Assembly: GCA_013265495.1 (NCBI GenBank)
Contig: MU058717.1
Coordinates: 124,001 to 176,678, forward strand
Origin: Vicugna vicugna
Taxonomy: Eukaryota
Length of the DNA stretch: 52,678 bases
Direction of reading: 5' to 3'
A model generated the notes under the pieces. It was not told the DNA's origin. It saw nothing but the letters and a program-made list of their open reading frames with translations, and made no database searches. Position numbers and translations under genes: made by a program. Positions 46,059 through 52,678 of the stretch are shown here, piece by piece (position 1 is the stretch's first letter; each line of letters begins with the position of its first letter).

Positions 46059-48558
46059 GTAACCCCAGGGGACCCGCGCGGGGCGGGGCGGGGCGGGAGT
46101 GGGAAGTGGCTGGAGCTCCTGGTTCTGGAACAGGGGCACTCCCTACCCAGAAATTCCAGTCCAGGTTGAGGCGGATGGAGCCAGATCGGCCTGTTCTCTC
46201 CCTCCCAGGGCCTCATAAGACCAAGGCGTCTCTGAAGCTCAGCCCAGGACAAAGAGAGGACCCCTCACCCCAGCCGGATTCAATGGTCTCGAGCAGGACC
46301 GGCTTCCCTGACATTCCGCGGGGAACATTGTTCTCAGAGGTCAGGGGACCTATTCAAGTTTCCTCCCCAGCCAGCTGGAGTCGCAGGGCAGTCCGAGGCT
46401 GGCAGGCTGGCGAGAGCGGAGAGTCCCAAAGCCTGAGGGGCTCATCCTTATTGAGTTTTTACCCTGGGCCCCCACTTCCCCCTCCCACCAGCCCTGCGGG
46501 AGGGACTTAAGGTGCCTGGCCAAGCAAGAGTTCCCTGCATCTCTGTCCAGATGGAAATAGACTTTACAGCTTTAGGAGAGCGCCCAGCCCATCTTAAAGA
46601 TGTGGAGTGACCATCGGAGAATGAAAGGTTGTCGCCCCAAATCACACTGACATCCCTGGCTGCACAGGAGTCCAAACAAGGAGGTTCAGTTTTTGCCTGA
46701 GTGGTTTGAAAAAATCAGGCCCCCTCCCTGGACACCCCTCCTCCTTCTTTAAAACACTGTCTTCCACTCTGAGAATTGAGTGAGAGAGAGAAAAGGTATG
46801 AAGCTTGGGTGTCATAAAAAGTACCTGCTGGAGCTCAAGACTCTCCAGCAAGCCATGGGGGCTCCCATCAAAGCAGGAAGCAGCCTTAGACAGCACGGCT
46901 TCCAACTGCCTCATTTTTCAGAGTGAAAAAAAGGCTGGGATGTGACCTGGGGTGCCAAGGTGTTGGGATTACTGTTCTTTATCCAAACACAACCCCTGTG
47001 GTTTTCCCTCCTTGCTATTTGTCTGAAGTTGCCCACAAGGGGTGAGAAGGTTTGTAATTAGGGAGCTGAGACACTCACCAGCAGGGAGGTGGGGGATGGG
47101 GAGATGGAGGGAGTATGGGCCCATCAGGGGCAGCCTCTGGGTCTGGAGGCCTCTAACCTGGACCAGACGGAGGAGGACCAGAAGCAGAGGTGGACGCTGG
47201 GAGGGAAAGCAGGAGGCAGACAGACAGATGAGAGAGGAGGAGGGAGAGAAAGGAGTCTCTGCTGTTCCCTGGTCTCAGATGGACAGACTGAGGCAGGAAG
47301 AGGGCCAGGGCCAGGTGGCCTCCTGAACTCGAATCCTAGCTGTGGGTCCTGAGCAAGTCGCTTTACCTCTCTGAGCCTCTGCTTTCTCTCTGGCAAAATG
47401 GGATAGAATGTGGTAGGATTGACACGAGGCTGAATGAAATCACACACGTGAAATGTCTTAGGAGAGAGAAGACCCTCCATACACAGCGGCTTGTTTTGTC
47501 AGTAACCTGCCCCCGATGCCCTGCTGTCCTGGGGCAGCTCGGCATTGAGCGCTCCTGCCCTTCTCAAGGGAAAGGATGTCTGTGTGCCAGGAGGGCACCA
47601 CCCCTGTCCACTGCAGCTCATCAGTTCTGTGCCTGTTTGACATTTGGCTGGGCTTGCTCCTGGGGGCTTCTGGGGATGGAGCCCCGCTCCCTTCTCCTTG
47701 ACCCACAAAGTGGAACATGGTGTGTGTGTGGGGTGTGTGTGTGTTAGTGGAAGAAGGCTTGTCTGTGTGTGGATGAGTAAATGAGTCTGTTTGGGGGGGC
47801 CTTGGCATTACAAGTTTATAACTGGTAGTGAGTATACGGGAGTCTGTAAAGGGATTGTGGATGTTGAACCCCTCACTTGTGCACTGCACTTTACAGCCTA
47901 CAAAGCAGCAGAGTGCATGGTGCACAGACACTGAAACCAGTTTCCTGGGATCACATCCTGTCTCCAGCCTGTATGACCTTAGACAAATTACTTAACCTCT
48001 TAGTGCCTCAGTTTTCTCATCTGTAACATGAGGAAATAGCGACAGTTTCTCTCCCCTTCTTTTAGGATTATTGTGAGGATTACATGAGTTAATACACATC
48101 AGATGCTTAGAATAATGCCTGGAACATAGGAGCAGCTAAGTATTAACTGTTGGAATTACTCATTATTATTATTACAAAGGACTTGGACTTCTCAGGGAGA
48201 AATACTGGACGTATGTTGCCTCCATTGCTTTCATAACAACCCCGTGATGTGGGCAGCACAGACCTCATGTGATCCCTGAAGACACTGGGGCTCTGGGAGA
48301 TTTCTGGCCCCAGATCACAAAGGTAGGAAAAGGCAGAGCTAGGAATCAAACCGGGGTCCTATGATCCCAGTACCACAGGTGGAGAGAGACCAGGTGAGAA
48401 GTTTGCAGGCGATGTTCGAAGGTTCCCTGAGATCTACGCAGGCAGACAGCCCTCCTGTTTGTGAAACCTGGTGAGTGGCGGTGGGAGGTCGTGGTGAGAC
48501 ACGTGATCATCTGTCTGCTTCCCCTCTGCCCACAGCCCTTACTCCTTTTTCTACCCAG

Positions 48559-48640
48559 AAAAGCAGGATTCTGGCTCCAAGCTGAACATCACCTGCCCCT
48601 CGCTCAGCCTCTGCCCAGACCAGTGCCAGCCAGAGGGCTG
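48559..48640 (+). pseudogene. WFDC2: WFDC2 exon 3 pseudo-exon, truncated
   Basis: ctacccag|AAAAGC: KQDSGSKLNITCPSLSLCPDQCQ; first Cys lost, homology stops before the CC motif. Confidence 0.7.
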
Positions 48641-48683
48641 GCTTACTTTTCCCAGAACAATGGTGGATGTGACTCCACTGGAC

Positions 48684-49824
48684 ATTAAATCGACAAAAGA
48701 AACATGAACAGGACAGAAACAATATTCGTACGGACCACATCCCCACAGACACGGGACCCAAAATGGTCATGGAATTGAGCACATATGCCAACCCGAGTGA
48801 AGGAGGAGGGGGTGGGGATCGGGGTTCAAAGGGGAGGAGGATAAATTCCAGGAAGATGGGAAAAGCAGATATTCGGTGAACAAAAGTTGCCATGCCATGC
48901 AGGTAAGTCTTCCTGATACTAAAAGTCATCTTTGGGATCAGCTGTCTTCCTGGTACAGGCCGTCTATCTAAATCTTTTAGGCAGTGAAGGGAACAGTAAT
49001 CAGCTCTTTCTGAGTCCTTTGGGCCTTGACTATCTTCAGCTCAAAGTAACCCATAGGCTAAGGTGGCATATTTCCGGGGGAGCAAGCACGTAATACGCAT
49101 ACGCTAACGTGGCATATTTCCGTGGGAGCAGGTAATCTGCTCCCCCTCACTGTGAAACGTGCAGCCTTAACCCTATGGGTCCTACATCCCAGGTGAGTTT
49201 GTCTCCACCATAAGGCAGGAATCGAGGTTTTCCTCTCCTAAGGGCGTTTGCCACTGGTTTGTGGGTCCTGGCCACTCACTCACATCCGGACCTGAGGGTG
49301 TCCGTAGTAACTGGGTGGGGGCCACATGGTAACGTCCAGTTTACTAACTTGTGCTCACAGCATGGGGTGGTGCCAGCACGTGGGAATCGAATCATCACGT
49401 CCTCCTTGAGAAGATGGGAAGGGACTCCCGTTTATTTTTACAAAAGAAGTCAGGTACCTTGTACTTGTCATATGCTGCCTGCGTGTGATCCTTCCAGAGA
49501 AGTAAGGTGAAGGCTGAGAAACAGGGAGAGAATTCAGGGTTTTCTGAGATTCACCTCTTCCTGGTCTTGGCTCCTCTGCCACTTCCCCAAGGTGCATGGG
49601 AAAAGCAGCTTCTCTCTTTGCCGGCTCCTCAGCCCCCGCCTCCTTCAGGCTCACTGTAAATGTGTGGTTCACAGGAGAGGACACGGGCTGGGGCCACACC
49701 TGTAACAGGGAGCCTATGAAAATGCAGATTCTCAGACTTCACCCAGCCTGGGGTGAAGAATCTGGGGAACCAGAATTTGAAATTCCACAAGATTCAGAGG
49801 CATAATTAAGTTTGAGAAGAGCTG
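48684..49824 (+). repeat. Direct repeat copy 1 (1141 bp)
   Basis: Matches 50385-51525 at a constant 1701-bp offset. Confidence 0.95.
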
Positions 49825-50384
49825 ACATATGCTCCCTGCCCGACTGACCTCCGCTAGGGAAGCCCCAGACCCTAGAGGGAATGCAGGCATTTCCCACAGT
49901 AAAAATGATTAAAGAAGACAATTTTGGTGATGCACACTTTTTACACTTCATGAAGTGAGCCGTCTGCATCCCCAAGGGTCCCGAGAACTGCCGAGCATTT
50001 ATAAGGACACAAAAGTTAACTTTCAGTTTTCGAACATGAGCAGCGGCTCATCCAGGGTCTAGATATTTATTTGAACACAGACCTGAGATCAAATCCAAAC
50101 GTTCCCACAGGGAGCTGGGTGTGATATTGATGATTGTAATAGGAGCCCTGAATCTTTGAGCACTTACCACCCAGGAGCACAGAGCTGAGTATTCTCTATT
50201 CATTTCTCAAATGCCCTCACAACAACCAAAAGAAATAGGGGTTGATTTTATAAGCAATCTCATTTTCACAGATGAGGGCAGCAAGGGGCAGAAGCACCAA
50301 GCATTTACAAACCCAGGTCCTCCTATTGTTGGGAGGGAGGAAAGCTTCCCTGCTTTCCTTCTAGGTTCCTTGGCTGGTTTGGAA

Positions 50385-51525
50385 ATTAAATCGACAAAAG
50401 AAACATGAACAGGACAGAAACAATATTCGTACGGACCACATCCCCACAGACACGGGACCCAAAATGGTCATGGAATTGAGCACATATGCCAACCCGAGTG
50501 AAGGAGGAGGGGGTGGGGATCGGGGTTCAAAGGGGAGGAGGATAAATTCCAGGAAGATGGGAAAAGCAGATATTCGGTGAACAAAAGTTGCCATGCCATG
50601 CAGGTAAGTCTTCCTGATACTAAAAGTCATCTTTGGGATCAGCTGTCTTCCTGGTACAGGCCGTCTATCTAAATCTTTTAGGCAGTGAAGGGAACAGTAA
50701 TCAGCTCTTTCTGAGTCCTTTGGGCCTTGACTATCTTCAGCTCAAAGTAACCCATAGGCTAAGGTGGCATATTTCCGGGGGAGCAAGCACGTAATACGCA
50801 TACGCTAACGTGGCATATTTCCGTGGGAGCAGGTAATCTGCTCCCCCTCACTGTGAAACGTGCAGCCTTAACCCTATGGGTCCTACATCCCAGGTGAGTT
50901 TGTCTCCACCATAAGGCAGGAATCGAGGTTTTCCTCTCCTAAGGGCGTTTGCCACTGGTTTGTGGGTCCTGGCCACTCACTCACATCCGGACCTGAGGGT
51001 GTCCGTAGTAACTGGGTGGGGGCCACATGGTAACGTCCAGTTTACTAACTTGTGCTCACAGCATGGGGTGGTGCCAGCACGTGGGAATCGAATCATCACG
51101 TCCTCCTTGAGAAGATGGGAAGGGACTCCCGTTTATTTTTACAAAAGAAGTCAGGTACCTTGTACTTGTCATATGCTGCCTGCGTGTGATCCTTCCAGAG
51201 AAGTAAGGTGAAGGCTGAGAAACAGGGAGAGAATTCAGGGTTTTCTGAGATTCACCTCTTCCTGGTCTTGGCTCCTCTGCCACTTCCCCAAGGTGCATGG
51301 GAAAAGCAGCTTCTCTCTTTGCCGGCTCCTCAGCCCCCGCCTCCTTCAGGCTCACTGTAAATGTGTGGTTCACAGGAGAGGACACGGGCTGGGGCCACAC
51401 CTGTAACAGGGAGCCTATGAAAATGCAGATTCTCAGACTTCACCCAGCCTGGGGTGAAGAATCTGGGGAATCAGAATTTGAAATTCCACAAGATTCAGAG
51501 GCATAATTAAGTTTGAGAAGAGCTG
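50385..51525 (+). repeat. Direct repeat copy 2 (1141 bp)
   Basis: Matches 48684-49824; one substitution noticed (49770 C versus 51471 T). Confidence 0.95.
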
Positions 51526-51717
51526 CTTTGGAGCATTTGGCCCCGGAGGGTGGAATTAGGATCCTGGGTAGTTGAGAGATTACGAAATGTACAAGTTTGA
51601 CACCAGCCCCTCCCCTTCCTCCCCCTCTCCTAATCCTGTTCCCACCCCTCAGCCGGGATGTGAAAAGCTCTGTCAGCCCCCAGCCCTCCTCAGAAGCCCT
51701 CCCGCAAGGCCGTGAAG

Positions 51718-51808
51718 ATGAGCCGCCTCTGCCTCTCAGCAGCCCTCCTGGTCCTCCTGGGCACCCTGGTGCTCAGCACCCCGGTTGCCAAAAACTGTCC
51801 TAACCCAC
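51718..51808 (+). CDS. PTI/TKDP-family Kunitz gene exon 1 (rest presumably beyond the window)
   Basis: [30 protein letters not shown] with C|gtaagt phase-1 donor; the upstream family ATG is mutated to GTG (51712) but the second ATG is intact. Confidence 0.72.
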
Positions 51809-52497
51809 GTAAGTCCCTGCTCCCGTCTCCTCTACAGGCTGGGGGTGGAGGGAATGAGGGTGAGTCCATGGAAGGGGCTGGGGAGCTGGGCTGGGGGACT
51901 GCCAAGCCTCTCTGCATTTCTTCTGGGTAGTTGGGCAGTTTTAACTCCAGTATATTTCATGACTCTCAAAAGGAAGTCATGTTTTCATCCTTAAAACAAA
52001 TGATCCCACCTAAGTCTATCAGATCAGGGACCTCATCTCTGAGACTCTCTGCTCCTGGTCTCTGCCTTGTCCCTGAACCTCACTGTCGTGTAATAGGAAG
52101 ATCAATATTTGACCCTTGTCTGATTCCTGGCCCAGACCACCTGAAAGTCTTGGAATTTATTGTCTTTTGTATGGTAATGAGGTGACTCTAGAAAGGGACA
52201 CTAGATAGCTTTATGGTGGGGCTGGTCTCCAGAAAATCTCATGAGATGAGAGAGGGTTAGAAGTTTCAACCAGCCCCGCCTTCCTGCCAGCAACTGTGTG
52301 CTGAGGGGCAGGTACTGGGCTAGAATGCAATCACCAATGGCCAAAGAGTCAATAAATTTTTCAACTACTGACTCCTCAGTAAAAGCTTCTGGACATTGGG
52401 ATTCGGAGAACTTCAAGGGTGGTGTGTCCCGGGAGGGCATGGAGACTCTGCACCCCTAAGTCCCCCCTTTGCTCTCTGCATCTCCTCCATTTGGCTG

Positions 52498-52552
52498 NNN
52501 NNNNNNNNNNNNNNNNNNNNNNNNNNNNNNNNNNNNNNNNNNNNNNNNNNNN
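52498..52552. other. Assembly gap (55 N)
   Basis: Run of N. Confidence 1.
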
Positions 52553-52678
52553 TAGCACTTCGAAGGATGCGTGATCCCAAGGACATGCGGCTGGCCTTTG
52601 AAGTGGGGGCAGTCTTGTGGGACTGAGCCTTCAACCTGTGGGGTCTGCACAAACTGCAGATTCAGCGTCAGATCAGAA

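Noticed and set aside
45854..46510. 218-aa ORF with a poly-Arg run
   Set aside because: Off-frame reading of the GC-rich WFDC2 pseudo-exon 2; the Arg run comes from a (GGCGCA)3 repeat.
45910..51808. Intact WAP-Kunitz chimeric (EPPIN-like) gene
   Set aside because: The WAP exons carry a frameshift, lost cysteines and a truncation, and exon 1 is deleted.

Overview
Mammalian genomic DNA, most likely camelid (two tRNA-derived SINEs of the camelid Vic-1 type; I saw no ruminant Bov-tA, pig PRE-1 or primate Alu elements). Bases 237-10103 hold exons 2-12 of an intact PIGT gene (+). Downstream is the PIGT-WFDC2 protease-inhibitor interval. It contains a 3-exon colostrum trypsin inhibitor (CTI/ELP-type) Kunitz gene (-, 15802-13408) and a complete 3-exon BPTI/PTI-like Kunitz gene (-, 29912-25836) whose predicted splice frame gives an unusual Cys/Gly-rich C-terminal tail. 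There are two more PTI-type signal-peptide exons (+, 18332 orphan; +, 51718, rest outside the window) and three broken WFDC2 (HE4) copies interleaved with them. The interval is a mosaic of inverted and direct duplications: two near-identical inverted tracts that look like gene conversion and a 1141-bp near-perfect direct repeat. It also carries L1, ERV1 (gag/pro remnants), LTR, MER and SINE insertions and one assembly gap. Exon boundaries were read by hand from GT-AG sites. Homology and repeat-family calls come from recalled sequences, not database searches.
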